The notes below the pieces were generated by a model. It was not told the origin of the DNA. It did no database searches and worked only from the letters and a program-made list of their open reading frames with translations. Made by a program: the position numbers and the translations under genes. Shown in pieces: positions 37,265-54,698 of a stretch of DNA of 64,000 nucleotides. Position 1 is the stretch's first letter. Every line of letters begins with the position of its first letter. The DNA is from Macrostomum hystrix (taxonomy: Eukaryota; Animalia; Platyhelminthes), in assembly GCA_950097015.1 (NCBI GenBank), contig CATNEN010000010.1, positions 1,302,001 through 1,366,000 of the forward strand, given 5' to 3'.

Positions 37265-37400
37265 CATTGAGTAGCTGGGCGAACTAAAGCAATGCAGAGT
37301 TAAGTGTCCCGCTAAAGGACAAAAATAGTTCTAGTGGAGTCGGGAATCGAACCCCCGACCTTAAAACGAAAGGCGGTCGCTCTAACCACTAGGCCCCAGT
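37265..37400 (-). mobile_element. tRNA-derived SINE (family 2, V-SINE-like body), 5' part
   Basis: tRNA-like head (TAGTGGTTAGAGC..GGTTCGATTCCC) followed by gtcctttagcgggacacttaac...cccagct. Confidence 0.65.
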
Positions 37401-37849
37401 CAAGTTTCAGATTACACGCTAAAACAGGAGTAGGGTAGAGTAAGTGAGTCCCAGAAAACGCCTTTGAGCGGGAGAAAGGACTGGCAGATGCTGACGGACC
37501 GGCTGGGCCGAGGTTCACGATTAATGTTTCATAGCCGCTGAGGCATTAATCAGAGCCACCCCGGCCGCCGCGGCTGCCTCGCCACTGCTCTGCGAGGTGA
37601 GGCCTGCGGAACGGAATAATTAATACAAGCCGCGCTCTGAGATTCTGAGTTGACGGGAGACGGCCGGGTAAGAGGGCCGCAGCTCTGAGCCACGTGTTGG
37701 ACGGCGCCAACACAAGCATCCTAATTGTTCATTAGAGGCGCCAAGCCTTGCCTAGCAGCAGCAGCCAAGGCCCAAATTGGAGCAGCAAATCTCTTCACAC
37801 ATTCTCTGCTGCTTCCTCAATCTGCAGCTTGCTCGACTCTTGACACCTA

Positions 37850-38492
37850 ATCTCCCTCTCCCAATCTCCCTCTCACAGTCTCCATCTCACAATCTCCCTC
37901 TCGCAGTCTCCCTCTCACAGTCTCCCTCTCACAGTCTCCCTCTCACAGTCTCCCTCTCACAGTCTCTCTCTAACAGTCTCCCTCTCACAGTCTCCCTCTC
38001 ACAGTCTCTCTCTCACAGTCTCCCTCTCACAGTCTCTCTCTCACAGTCTCCCTCTCACAGTCTCTCTCTCACAGTCTCCCTCTCACAGTCTCCCTCTCAC
38101 AATCTCCCTCTCGCAGTCTCCCTCTCACAGTCTCTCTCTCACAGTCTCCCTCTCACAGTCTCTCTCTCACAGTCTCCCTCTCACAGTCTCCCTCTCACAG
38201 TCTCCCTCTCACAGTCTCCCTCCCACAGTCTCCCTCTCACAGTCTCCCTCTCACAGTCTCCCTCTCACAGTCTCTCTCTCACAGTCTCCCTCTCACAGTC
38301 TCCCTCTCACAGTCTCTCTCTCACAGTCTCCCTCTCCCAATCTCCCTCTCACAGTCTCCCTCTCACAGTCTCCCTCTCACAGTCTCCCTCTCACAGTCTC
38401 TCTCTAACAGTCTCCCTCTCACAGTCTCCCTCTCACAGTCTCTCTCTCACATCCTCCCTCTCACAGTCTCCCTCTCACAGCCTCCCTCTCAC
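37850..38492. repeat. ~14-bp minisatellite (ctcacagtctccct)
   Basis: Direct reading. Confidence 0.93.
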
Positions 38493-39084
38493 AATCCGGA
38501 GATTCTCTGTAAGTACTTTTTCAATAGTACAAGCAGGCCAGCTACACTGCCACACAAAGTCGCTTATTGCAGTGTGGAAGCCAAGAACTTCAAAGAGAGA
38601 GAAAGCAGCTAAAGAGAAGTTGTAGGGTTAGTGACCGGTTGTTCTGAGCGTCGTTTTGCCGGAGCAGTTACAGCAAGGCTATCGATCCCTAGGATCGATT
38701 TTCATAGGCCGTCCACGGATAGCAGTCGTTTGCGATCTCAGAATTCTCAGGATCATGAGAACTGCGCATTGTGCTCATCGGCTTTTCTGAGGAGAATCGC
38801 TTTGTGGCAGTTTTTAGAAAGTGATTTCTAGGAAGCCGGGGTTTCCTCATCCAGGCTGGGTGAGGAGGTTGACTGCGACTGTCAAGATTGATGCGATGGG
38901 ACAGTTGCTATGCGGACATATGGATGCCAGACCGCTTTAGTTTATTCATAATTTACTGCGCGACTGGGAGGGCCTCCTATTGTTCGGCGCGGTGTACCAG
39001 CCATTTTGGAGTTTTATCAGCAGCTCTCGGTAACTCGACCAGACTAGCCATTCAACATTTTATCCTGTTACTCAACTCATGGAC

Positions 39085-39348
39085 AAGCTCAGCAACTGAT
39101 GAACTCACTCATGAACTCACGAACTGACTTATGGTCTGATGAACTCACTTAAGAACTTATGAACTCACTGATGAACTCACTCATAAACTCACGAACTGAC
39201 TCATGGTCTGATAAGCTCACTAAAGAACTCATGAACTCACTCATGAACTCACTCATGAACTCACGAACTGACTCATGGTCTGATGAACTCGCTCATGAAC
39301 TCACTCATGAACTCACTCATGAACTCGCTCATGAACTCACTCATGATC
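39085..39348 (+). repeat. 12-bp degenerate repeat (atgaactcactc)
   Basis: Direct reading; inverted partner at 41865-42200. Confidence 0.85.
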
Positions 39349-39984
39349 TATGGCTCATGCTGCCTCTAGTTAAATGGCTTCTCTAATTGTTTTACGTGCT
39401 GCAGATGCAGTAGACTCACTGATTCCGGGCAGCACTGCCAGTCGGCAATAAAACTTTGCAAGCTTTCACAGCGCGGATCGTAAATTACTTTCTAGACATG
39501 CGCCGCGCCGAGAGATTAAAAGTTATTAGGGCAGTTTTTAATAGTAGCGAACTGAACCTGCTAAAATCTCCGAATCCCATTCGAAAAGTTTGAGCCGCCC
39601 TTTGCCAACCGAACCGCCATTCTCCCCAGAACTCTGGCCGCCTCGCAGCTCTAGTTTCGGGGATGGGGATAAACACTATTAATAATATGCAGGTCGAGCA
39701 GCTGGGATCTATCCAGCCCTCCATGTATGTTTCTGGCCTCCCCTCTCTAGTTACGCTCTGATTTTCGCCTCCGGCCCCCCAGCCTCCCCCCGCCCTCCAA
39801 GGCTGCTCAGAAAATTGGCAGTTTTGTGGAATCGCCCGGAGCCGCTGAAGCTGCCAGGCAAAAGCAGCAGCAACAACTTTGCCTCACTGAAATTATCGAC
39901 TGCGCTCTCACGGCCACCACCGCTTCCCGCTTGCAGCCCTGCACTCAGAAACAGGGCAGAGGGGTCAGTCTGCCTGCGGTTTGT

Positions 39985-41602
39985 GCGTGTGTGAGTGTGA
40001 GTGAGTGTGAGTGAGTGTGAGTGTGAGTGTGAGTGAGTGTGAGTGAGTGTGAGTGTGAGTGTGTGTGAGTGTGAGTGTGAGTGAGTGTTTGTGAGTGTGT
40101 GTGTGTGAGTGTGAGTGTGAGTGTGTGTGAGTGTGAGTGTGAGTGAGTGTGAGTGAGTGTGAGTGTGAGTGTGTGTGAGTGTGAGTGTGAGTGAGTGTTT
40201 GTGAGTGTGTGTGTGTGAGTGTGAGTGTGAGTGTGTGTGAGTGTGAGTGTGAGTGAGTGTGAGTGAGTGTGAGTGTGTGTGAGTGTGTGTGAGTGTGAGT
40301 GTGAGTGAGTGTGTGTGAGTGTGAGTGTGAGTGTGAGTGTGTGTGAGTGAGTGTGTGTGGGTGTGTCAGTGTTTGTGAGTGAGTGTGAGTGTGAGTGTGA
40401 GTGTGTGTAAGTGTGAGTGAGTGTGAGTGAGTGTGAGTGTGAGTGAGTGTGAGTGTGAGTGAGTGTGAGTGTGAGTATGAGTGTGAGTGAGTGTGAGTGT
40501 GAGTGAGTGTGAGTGTGAGTGAGTGTGAGTGAGTGTGAGTGTGAGTGAGTGTGAGTGAGTGTGAGTGTGAGTGAGTGTGCGTGAGTGTGAGTGTGAGTGA
40601 GTGTGAGTGAGTGAGTGTGAGTGTGAGTGAGTGAGTTTGAGTGTGAGTGAGTGTAAGTGTGAGTGAGTGAGTGTGTGTGTGAGTGAGTGTGAGTGAGTGT
40701 GAGTGTGAGTGAGTGTGAGTGTGAGTGAGTGTGAGTGAGTGTGAGTGTGAGTGAGTGAGTGTGAGTGTGAGTGAGTGTGAGTGAGTGAGTGTGAGTGTGA
40801 GTGAGTGAGTGTGAGTGTGAGTGAGTGTGAGTGTGTGTGAGTGTGTGTGAGTGTGTGAGTGTCAGTGTTTGTGAGTGAGTGTGAGTGAGTGAGTGTGAGT
40901 GTGTGTGTGAGTGTGTGTGTGAGTGTGTGTGAGTGTGTGTGAGTGTGTGTGAGTGAGTGTGAGTGTGTGTGAGTGTGTGTGAGTGTGTGAGTGTGAGTGT
41001 GTGTGTGAGTGTGTGTGAGTGTGTGTGAGTGTGTGTGAGTGAGTGTGAGTGTGTGTGTGTGAGTGTGAGTGTGTGAGTGTGAGTGTGTGAGTGTGAGTGT
41101 GTGAGTGTGAGTGTGTGAGTGTGAGTGTGTGAGTGTGAGTGTGTGAGTGTGAGTGTGAGTGTGAGTGTGAGTGTGAGTGTGAGTGTGTGTGAGTGTGTGT
41201 GAGTGTGTGTGAGTGTGTGTGAGTGAGTGTGAGTGTGTGTGTGTGAGTGTGAGTGTGTGAGTGTGAGTGTGTGAGTGTGAGTGTGTGAGTGTGAGTGTGT
41301 GAGTGTGAGTGTGAGTGTGAGTGTGAGTGTGTGAGTGTGAGTGTGTGAGTGTGAGTGTGTGAGTGTGAGTGTGTGAGTGTGAGTGTGTGAGTGTGAGTGT
41401 GTGAGTGTGAGTGTGAGTGTGAGTGTGAGTGTGAGTGTGAGTGTGTGTGAGTGTGTGTGAGTGTGTGTGAGTGTGTGTGAGTGAGTGTGAGTGTGTGTGT
41501 GTGAGTGTGAGTGTGTGAGTGTGAGTGTGTGAGTGTGAGTGTGTGAGTGTGAGTGTGTGAGTGTGAGTGTGAGTGTGAGTGTGAGTGTGTGTGAGTGTGA
41601 GT
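39985..41602. repeat. Compound (GT)/(GTGA) microsatellite
   Basis: Direct reading. Confidence 0.97.
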
Positions 41603-41864
41603 TTCAGAAATGCCTCTTCGCCCGATTAACCACAGGTTGGGGATTCAGACCTGTCCGAGCAGCCCAGGGAGTTCAATAAATGAAAGCGAGTGGATGCAGG
41701 GCAGCACAAGGACATCATTCAGTTTCAGAAGACAGCACTGGCGTTCTTGGAGAGGCATTTCGAGCACAGAATAGGGCCCGTGATCTCATAGGGAAATACT
41801 GAGACAACACGGTGTGCTGGGATTCGAGTTGTCTGCCTGAGTTAAGTTGCGCCTCAAGTTTGTG

Positions 41865-42200
41865 ACTCATGGGTTAATTATGAATTTATGACTGAGTTGA
41901 GTGAGTCCAAAGTAGAGTTCATGGGTGAGTTGATGAGTGGGATTATGAGTGAGATCTTGAGTGAGATCAAGGGTGCGATCATTCGAGAGTTCATGAGTAA
42001 GATCATGAGTGAGCTCATAAGAGATTTCATGAGTGAGTTCATGAGTGAGTTCATGAGTGAGTTCATGAGAGACAGTTTATGGGTGAGTTCATGAGTGAGT
42101 TCATGAGTGAGTTCATGAGTGAGTTCATGAGAGACAGTTTATGGGTGAGTTCATGAGTGAGTTCATGAGAGACAGTTTATGGGTGAGTTCATGAGTGAGT
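41865..42200 (-). repeat. 12-bp degenerate repeat (gagtgagttcat)
   Basis: Reverse complement of the 39085-39348 unit. Confidence 0.85.
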
Positions 42201-42764
42201 TCTCGCAGGGAGAGTTGCAGGCTGCAGTGGAGGATTCGCCCCAGCATGTCTGGGCTAAGTGAGAACAAGCGATAATGAGGCAAAAGGAAAGAGACACCCT
42301 GCTCAGGCCAGCCCTCCCCCCGGGGAATGCGTCTCCCAGCAACTTTGTCACGGATCTCGCCGCTAGCGGAAAATAGAAGAAAAGAGATGGGATAAAGCGG
42401 GAAGGAGAGCGGCGCCGGTCACAGAAGCGGCTGATTGCCTTCTCACCCCCCGTGACACGAGAGCTCCACCCGGACCCGATAATAAAGGGGATCGCTTCCC
42501 AATGCCACCTTCTCCTGTTGCGCGGCTGTTTAAGCTCTTGCCCTGTTGTCCTGCGGCTATTGCCATCGCCACGGCGCTGGCTGGGCTGGCGGCCCGGTTG
42601 CACTTTGCCACTCTTCCGGCCCTCTGGTAACGAAGGCTCCTCGCCACTTCCCGCTGCGATTCATGATCCCTATTATTTCCACTCCTACTCGCCCTACCGC
42701 ATTTCCCTAACCGATAATTGCCTTTCTTGTGTACACCCTAGCTGTAAAGTCTGTGCCTAGTGTC

Positions 42765-43170
42765 TAGTCTGCCCACTGTCTACTCTGCCTACTGTCTACT
42801 CTGCCCACTGTCTACCCTGCCCATTGTCTACTCTGCCTACTGTCTACTCTGCCCACTGTCTACTCTGCCTACTGTCTACTCTGCCTACTGTCTACTCTGC
42901 CTACTGTCTACTCTGCCTACTGTCTACTCTGCCCATTGTCTACTCTGCCCACTGTCTACCCTGCCCATTGTCTACTCTGCCTACTGTCTACTCTGCCTAC
43001 TGTCTACTCTGCCTACTGTCTACTCAGCCCACTGTCTACTCTGCCTATTGTCTACACTGCCCACTGTCTACTCTGCCTACTGTCTACTCTGCCTACTGTC
43101 TACTCTGCCTACTGTCTACTCTGCCTATCGTCTACACTGCCTGTCTACACACTACACCACTGTCTACAAT
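42765..43170. repeat. 16-bp minisatellite (actgtctactctgcct)
   Basis: Direct reading. Confidence 0.92.
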
Positions 43171-43889
43171 CTTGTATGCCCAATGTCTGCTTCTCTGACT
43201 GTCTGCTCTGTACATTGTCCACTTTACCTAAATTTTTACATACAGCTAATTTGAATTCCTTATTGCAAATGCATATTTACCAAATCTAATTATCCTAAAT
43301 ATCCTTCAACCGCAGAACTGCTGTCAGCTGTTCTGAGCACATTCCTATGAGCAGTACCAATCAATATTTGTCAATCTCAGAGCAAACGCAAAAATGAAAC
43401 TCAGAAATTTCGCCAGCAAAATCACTGCTATGCTATGTCTATGCTATGCCAAAAACTGGCATGCCAAGAGCAACAACATTCTGGATTCAATCCAAGCTCA
43501 GCTGACTTACCCAGGCAGTCGCTGAAGCCGCGTCTGTGGCCAACCGCATCGGTCCCGATTCTCCGGCCTCTCCGTCTGCTGGATTCGCACCTTTGTTTGT
43601 AGAGCTCCCAGTGACTCAACGAGGTCTCAGGGTTGCCGCGAGATTGAAGCAGAATGAATCAGCTGGGGCTGAGGCTGCGGGAACGGCGCTGCAGGACGCG
43701 AATAGGGATGGCGTGGGATTTGGGATTCTTCTTAAATTGCACTTCGTGAGCCGCGACGCCCACCCCTCCTCCTCTACGAGCGAACGCCCACCATCCCAGA
43801 CTCCCGGCTTCATCTCCCCTCATTTTTTTCTCCCAACCCTAGTTGGTTTCTGGGAAAGCGCCATGATGCGACGCGCGTCGGCGCCCTAG

Positions 43890-43930
43890 CGGGCTTTGCC
43901 GATTGGCTGGCGCAAGTAGCCAATCAGAAT
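43890..43930. promoter_or_regulatory. Possible promoter element: inverted pair of CCAAT boxes in a GC-rich island
   Basis: GATTGG at 43901 and CCAATCAG at 43920; motif match only. Confidence 0.3.
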
Positions 43931-45576
43931 GTCACCCTTTGCACTCTGGGCTTCACAGGCCGAGCCATTGGGTGGGGCAGATGGGGTGGCGGCGGGGCCG
44001 AGTGCCGAGCAGATCTCGTTTCCATCACCTTGCCAGGGTAGGTGCGTGGGCCTGGTGATACTGGGACAGCGGCGACGGGAAGTTCTCCCTAATCCCCCCC
44101 GGCCTCCTACGAAAGTCCTTCTAAGGGATTTCTATTTTGCGAATTTTCCAAGCGCTCAAGAAGTCTCCCTTTTCATGTCAGCCCGGTGTGCTGACCAACT
44201 GCGAACTTTGCGATGGCGTGACTCGGCTAATCCTAATTTCTTATTCACCCCAATGCTCCCAGCTGCTGCTGCTGCTGCTGCCTTTGAAATACTCGTGGGT
44301 GCCACACACGCACACACGGGAGCGCCAGCGAGAGAGAGAGTGTGGGGGAGAGATTTGCCACCGTCGAAGCTGAATCCTTCCGTCCGCAAAAAAGCTGCTC
44401 TCGCTTTCTCTCCGGACTGCTCTCTGACCCCAGGAGGCTGAAGGCCGCAGCAGCCCGCAGCTGCAACCTGCCGCAACACAGCTGCAAAACCCTCAGACGG
44501 TGCGTCTGGCGCGCCGCGTGCACTTCTCCCAATGCGTTGAGCGAGAGAAGACGAGAGAGAGGGGGAGAGTGATAGGGGATGCCGGAGGGAAAGCATACAT
44601 AGACAAGGTCCGATGTGTTTTAGCTGCAGCAGCAGCAACAGCAACAGCAGCATCGGCAGCAGCGGCAGGACCTTGAGCTGAAATAAAAGTCTGTATATAC
44701 ATAAATGCTGTCATGCAAGCATACACAGGCAGTGAGGTGGGGCACACGAGATAAGCTGTCACGGTACAAGGCGGATGGGGGAACAAATTTATGTAAAGAG
44801 AGACATTGGGAGGAGGCATAAAGGCAGCGGATGACAGCGAGAGCCAGTAAATATATCAGTTTGAGTAGTAAAAAAACAGGGGCTTGGCTTAGACTGAGGG
44901 CAGAGGTGAGGGCCAGCCGGGCGGGGGGCGGCCGACATGGACTCAGGGACTCAGCCGCGACTGCTCATACTTGAGGAGTGTCCTATTATACGAATTTATA
45001 GTATCCAAGAGCAGAGTTAGGACGGCAGTGAAGCTTTGTGCTCCCGGCTTCCTTCTAAAGTCAGACTGGCTTCCTTCTTTTGCTTCTGCCAAAAAGGGTC
45101 TCGGTGTGATTGCTTTGCTTTGTCTACTTGGCATACGAGCTAACAACAGCAGCAACAGCAGCAGCAGCAGCAGCCACTCACTCCAGGAGCTGCCGGCTCT
45201 CAGGGCGGGGTCGCTGGAGTCGCACCGCATCCGCAATCTGGCGGGTGTGGTGGGGAGGTCGCCTCTCCCGCTGGTTGCCAATGAAAATTGATCATGACAG
45301 CCGGGCCGTGGGGCCAAGAGGAGCGCCAGCCGACTCCCCTCCCTCTTTGAAATGTTTCATCAGGGTCTGGGCGGTGCCTCACTCGCCACTTGGTCTCGGG
45401 TGGGCTGGCTGCTGAGTGGAGATGGAGAGAGGCAGGGAGAGGCGATGGAGATAGCTTTCCTCCCAAGGAATTTTTTGGGAGGCGGGCCGGGCGACGGCAG
45501 CGGAAGGCCGCCGCAGGCGCAGCAGGGAAGGCGACTATTTTTTTACCAGTTTCACGCCTTCAATGAGCAAGTCTCT

Positions 45577-45812
45577 GAAGCAGAAGCGCGCAGTCTTCTG
45601 CTCCCGGCTCCCCGGTAGCCTAGTCTAAGCGCGCAGTCTTCTGCTCCCGGCTCCCCGGTAGCCTAGTCTAAGCGCGCAGTCTTCTGCTCCCGGCTCCCCG
45701 GTAGTCTAGTCTAAGCGCGCAGTCTTCTGCTCCCGGCTCCCCGGTAGTCTAGTCTAAGCGCGCAGTCTTCTGCTCCCGGCTCCCCGGTAGTCTAGTCTAA
45801 GCGCGCAGTCTT
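45577..45812. repeat. 43-bp tandem repeat, ~5 copies
   Basis: aagcgcgcagtcttctgctcccggctccccggtagtctagtct. Confidence 0.93.
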
Positions 45813-46214
45813 CTGAGCTGAGCTGTTGTCGGCATTTCTGAAACACCGTCTCCATCTCCCTCTCGCCCAATGTTTGCGGCGGCCTGTGCAGTGCAGAGCA
45901 AACAGGAGCCCGCAGCAGCTCGGCTGGCAGTGCGTGAGGGAGAAAACTCTCGAGAAAAGCTATGCGAAAAGTTCTGCAACCGTTCAGCCTTTGCTGCTGG
46001 ACGCAAAACCTTTGGTACATTGCAGTGCAAGCTAAAGCAAATTTGCTTTGTAACTAATCGAGCAAGAGCAGGAATCGCTTCTCGATTGGATATCGGAAAT
46101 GGAAGATGACGGACGAGGAATCGCAGATGTTCAAACTTTTTGTGGAATCAAAATGAGAACCCGAATCAGTGCAAGAACGATTGGCAGAATCTTACACTTG
46201 TATCAGGGGTCTGT

Positions 46215-46645
46215 CACTGAAACCGCATCAGTGTCTGTCACTGGAATCGCATCAAGGTCAGTCACTGGAATCGCATCAGGGTCCGTCACTGGAATCGCAT
46301 CAGGGTCCGTTACTGGAATCGCATCAGGGTCCGTTAATGGAATCGCATCAAGGTCCGTCACTGGAATCGCATCAGGGTCCGTCACTGGAATCGCATCAGG
46401 GTCCGTTACTGGAATCGCATCAGGGTCCGTCACTGGAATCGCATCAGGATCTGTCACTGGAATCGCATCAGGGTCCGTCACTGGAATCGCATCAGGATCT
46501 GTCACTGGAATCGCATCAGGATCTGCCACTGGAATCGCATCAGGATCTGCCACTGGAATCGCATCAGGATCAGTCACAGGAATCGCATCAGGATCTGTCA
46601 CTGGAATCGCATCAAGGTCAGTCACTGGAATCGCATCAGGATCTG
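46215..46645. repeat. 24-bp minisatellite (gtcactggaatcgcatcagggtcc)
   Basis: Direct reading. Confidence 0.94.
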
Positions 46646-47171
46646 AAGTGATTTAACTTGTCGAGAATTAGAAATCGCCAGGTAAATCCTGATAAGTTTA
46701 CACCTTGTACAGCTTCACTCGGTGGTCAATTCAACTCAACATCGGATTCTCGTCTCTCTCGCTCCCTTTCCACCCTTCCTTCTGCAGGCAGGCGGCCTCC
46801 GATTATCCGGCGCGCAGCGAAGCATTCAGCGAAACCTCCCGGGAAATTCTCTTTGCTTTCTGCGAGAACTTTTCAGACCAAAGACGGGAAAGGAGGGAGA
46901 GAATGCGGGGGTTGGAGAAAGGAAAAGAAGACGTGGCGACACGCGCTGAGGTGAGGGCCGCCTCGGCTGCTCCTTAGCGGCACAATCCACACATCGCCAG
47001 GCCGCCTAACTCGATTAGACCCGGCCCCGCCAGAGCTCCGGTCAAATCACTGACGCTGCGACCTGCTGCGAAACTCGGCCTTGGGTCAGCGCTTGGCAAC
47101 TTAGCTACTCTGACCCTATGCTGGGATTATGAGGATTATGGGATGCACAAAGGGATCAAAAGGCTCTGAGG

Positions 47172-47522
47172 GAATCACAAGACACTAAAGGGGATCACAA
47201 GACACTAAAGGGGATCACAAGACACTAAAGGGGATCAAAAGACACTAAATGGGATCACAAGACACTAAAGGGGATCAAAAGACACTAAAGGGGATCACAA
47301 GACACTAAAGAGGATCAAAAGACACTAAATGGGATCACAAGACACTAAAGGGGATCAAAAGACACTAAAGGGGATCACAAGACACTAAAGGGGATCACAA
47401 GACCCCAAAGGAATCAAAAGACAATAAAGGGGATCACAAGACACTAAAGGGGATCACAAGACCCCAAAGGAATCAAAAGACAATAAAGGGGATCACAAGA
47501 CACTAAAAAGGATCACAAGACC
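47172..47522. repeat. 20-bp minisatellite (gggatcacaagacactaaag)
   Basis: Direct reading. Confidence 0.93.
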
Positions 47523-50025
47523 GTAGAGAATCACGAGATTCTAGATACTGAACCATGAGCCTAAGCTCTAGCTCGCCCAGTGAACCTGAGGCCCTAGAAA
47601 CGCGGCGGGTCGCTTCAGTAGTATTGACCATGCAGCTCGCGGCTTTCAGGTTAGTCGTTGGATTTTTCAGTCGCGTCACATTTAAAAATGCATTTTAGCA
47701 GCCCGGTCGGCACGCCACTCCCTGCTCAGTAGGGCTTCTTTTAATCATCGCGGCCTGCCCTGCCCGGCTCCCCCTTCAGCCGCAGCCGGCCTCCGTTTCA
47801 TCGGATTCTTCCTCGGCCCTGCGGGTGGCAGCTCGGATCTCAGTTTAGTTCATTCACTCCGGTCGCCAGGAAGCAGATTATTAAGAACTTAGTTAATAGA
47901 GGCTCGAGTAGAGGAAAAAATGGGCCACAGGAGAGCGAGGCCGCGGACCAGAGGCCAAGCTGGCTGACTCGCAATAATACACGCGGCCCACAAGGACGAG
48001 CGTGACGCGGCGGAGGTCCCGATCGCGTGGCCAAGTGGAAAAGTACATCCGCGCCCAACTCAGCGCAGCTCATTTATGATTTCTTATAATAACGGGAGCA
48101 CTGGTGATTTTCTAAGAATAATGGAATTTTTTCTTAGAATACCGATATTTACTTTTAAATTTCTTAGAATCAAAAAATTGTTTGTTAGAATACCTGATGG
48201 TTATCAGCAAAAAGTGAAGTCAGTGAAAATAATCACTGACGCATTTCTTAGAATCACAGAATTCGTTTCTCAGAATACTAGAATCACCGATTTTCCTAGA
48301 ATTATAATTTTATTTCTTAGAACACTGAAATCACGGGCGATTCTCTAAAAATCTAAATATTGATTCTTAGAATCCAGGGATCAGCAAAGAATTTTTAGAA
48401 GCCAGTGAAAATATACCATTTCCCGACCAGTTGTTTTTAGAGTATTAAGTTTTCTAAACCAAATAAACGCATCGTCTTTACCCTGGTTGGCCGATTCTGA
48501 CCGTTAATTTTGCTTTTTCATGCCTAAAGTTACAACCTTACCAAATAACAAATAATTGAAGCATAAGTCTGCGGAGATTAACGCACTTTCAAGTTTCGAG
48601 TCCGATTCCTTCTGGCTTCAAAGCGAACAAAAAAGCTTTTAATCGGGTGGCTAAAATGTCTGGCGGGTTTGGTGAGGATACAAGTCAGTAGTAATCGTGT
48701 ATTTCACTCCACACAGCAGCAGCTGATCACATTGAGACAATGGAAATTCTCTACTCTCTACTCTCTTAGCCAGTTTCCCATCACTGGGCATAAAATCTTC
48801 ATCATACTACTAGCAAGCGCCCTGCAACTTGCGGCTAATTTTAGCAAAAATTTAAACAGAATTATTAAAAACAAAAACAAAAGTCGGTCAGGACCCGATC
48901 GGAGCCACAGAGGAGGAAATCCACAACAATATTGTGTAATAATAACAATAAAAATAGTAGTAAGCTGATAAAACTGACTTGTGCGTTTGAATAAAAAAGA
49001 CAAAAATGTTTTAATAAAAAAACTTTATTTGCAGGAGGACCATGTACAGCCCGCCTACGTGCCCCACACCAGAAAAAAATCTAAAAAGTACAATAGTATG
49101 ATTCAACCATACTAAGAATAAGAATAGTTTGTTAATACTAATTTAAGTAGCCAAATTGATCTCAAAATGAATATCTAATCAACCTTTAAAAAACTGCTCT
49201 CAGCACAGAGCTGCTAAAAAACTTTCAAATGTGAAGAATCACAAAATACCGTTTCTGACAGGACTAATGTAGGAGTCCTCCGGAAGAAACTTAAAACAAC
49301 AATTTTTGCTTTTGTTTAAATTTAAGCGCAATTAAGAAACTGCCTGCATAATTGCACGCACCGTTGATCGAAAAAAATTGAGGGTTCAATTAAAACAAAC
49401 AACCTCGTCTTTTAAAAATAGCGCGCGAATTTGAATTGATTGCAGCGTATTTAAAACAAAACGGCTAACGACAAAATGCACCTTGCTCTGGGTCGCTAAA
49501 TCAACAGACTCTTATTCAAAATATCGCTAGAATTTTGATTTGTATCTTTTTAATGCTACTAATATAAATATTGCTCATGTAATTTCAAACGATAAATAAA
49601 CTAATGAGAGATCGAAGCATACATAAAAACGCTTTGATAAAAAGTTAAGGAATTTAATAAGATCGTGATAAAAAAGCAATAATGCAGCAATAGCAAATAA
49701 TTATAAGTAGGGAGGTGACTAACGATTCTTCAAAAGTGGAAAATTTTCATTAATAACATACTTAATAGGCTTCTGCGGTTCAATCAAAACTAAACACGAA
49801 GCAACAAGCTTGCCAAACTAACATTAGCTAAATAAAAATACTCGCTAACAAAGCTACCGCCAGTAGCATGCTTGGGCTGGGAGATAAACTTGTGAAATGA
49901 GAAAAGCGCTACCTGACGCAATTTAATTGTTTTTCATTTTTCAGTAGCAGAATAGCTAAATCACAATCCCTGCGGACATCATCGCAGCTCCAACCATGCC
50001 TATCTATGACTACCAGCACGACAGC

Positions 50026-54698
<4,673 letters not shown>

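Noticed and set aside
37335-37400. Functional tRNA gene
   Set aside because: D arm truncated, anticodon arm does not fold, followed by SINE body.
42163-45618. Several 90-170 aa ORFs in GC-rich islands
   Set aside because: Overlap in multiple frames, dominated by CAG/CTG runs, no family motif.
46099-46656. TGIASGSV repeat protein
   Set aside because: 24-bp minisatellite open in three frames; no signal peptide or coding flanks.
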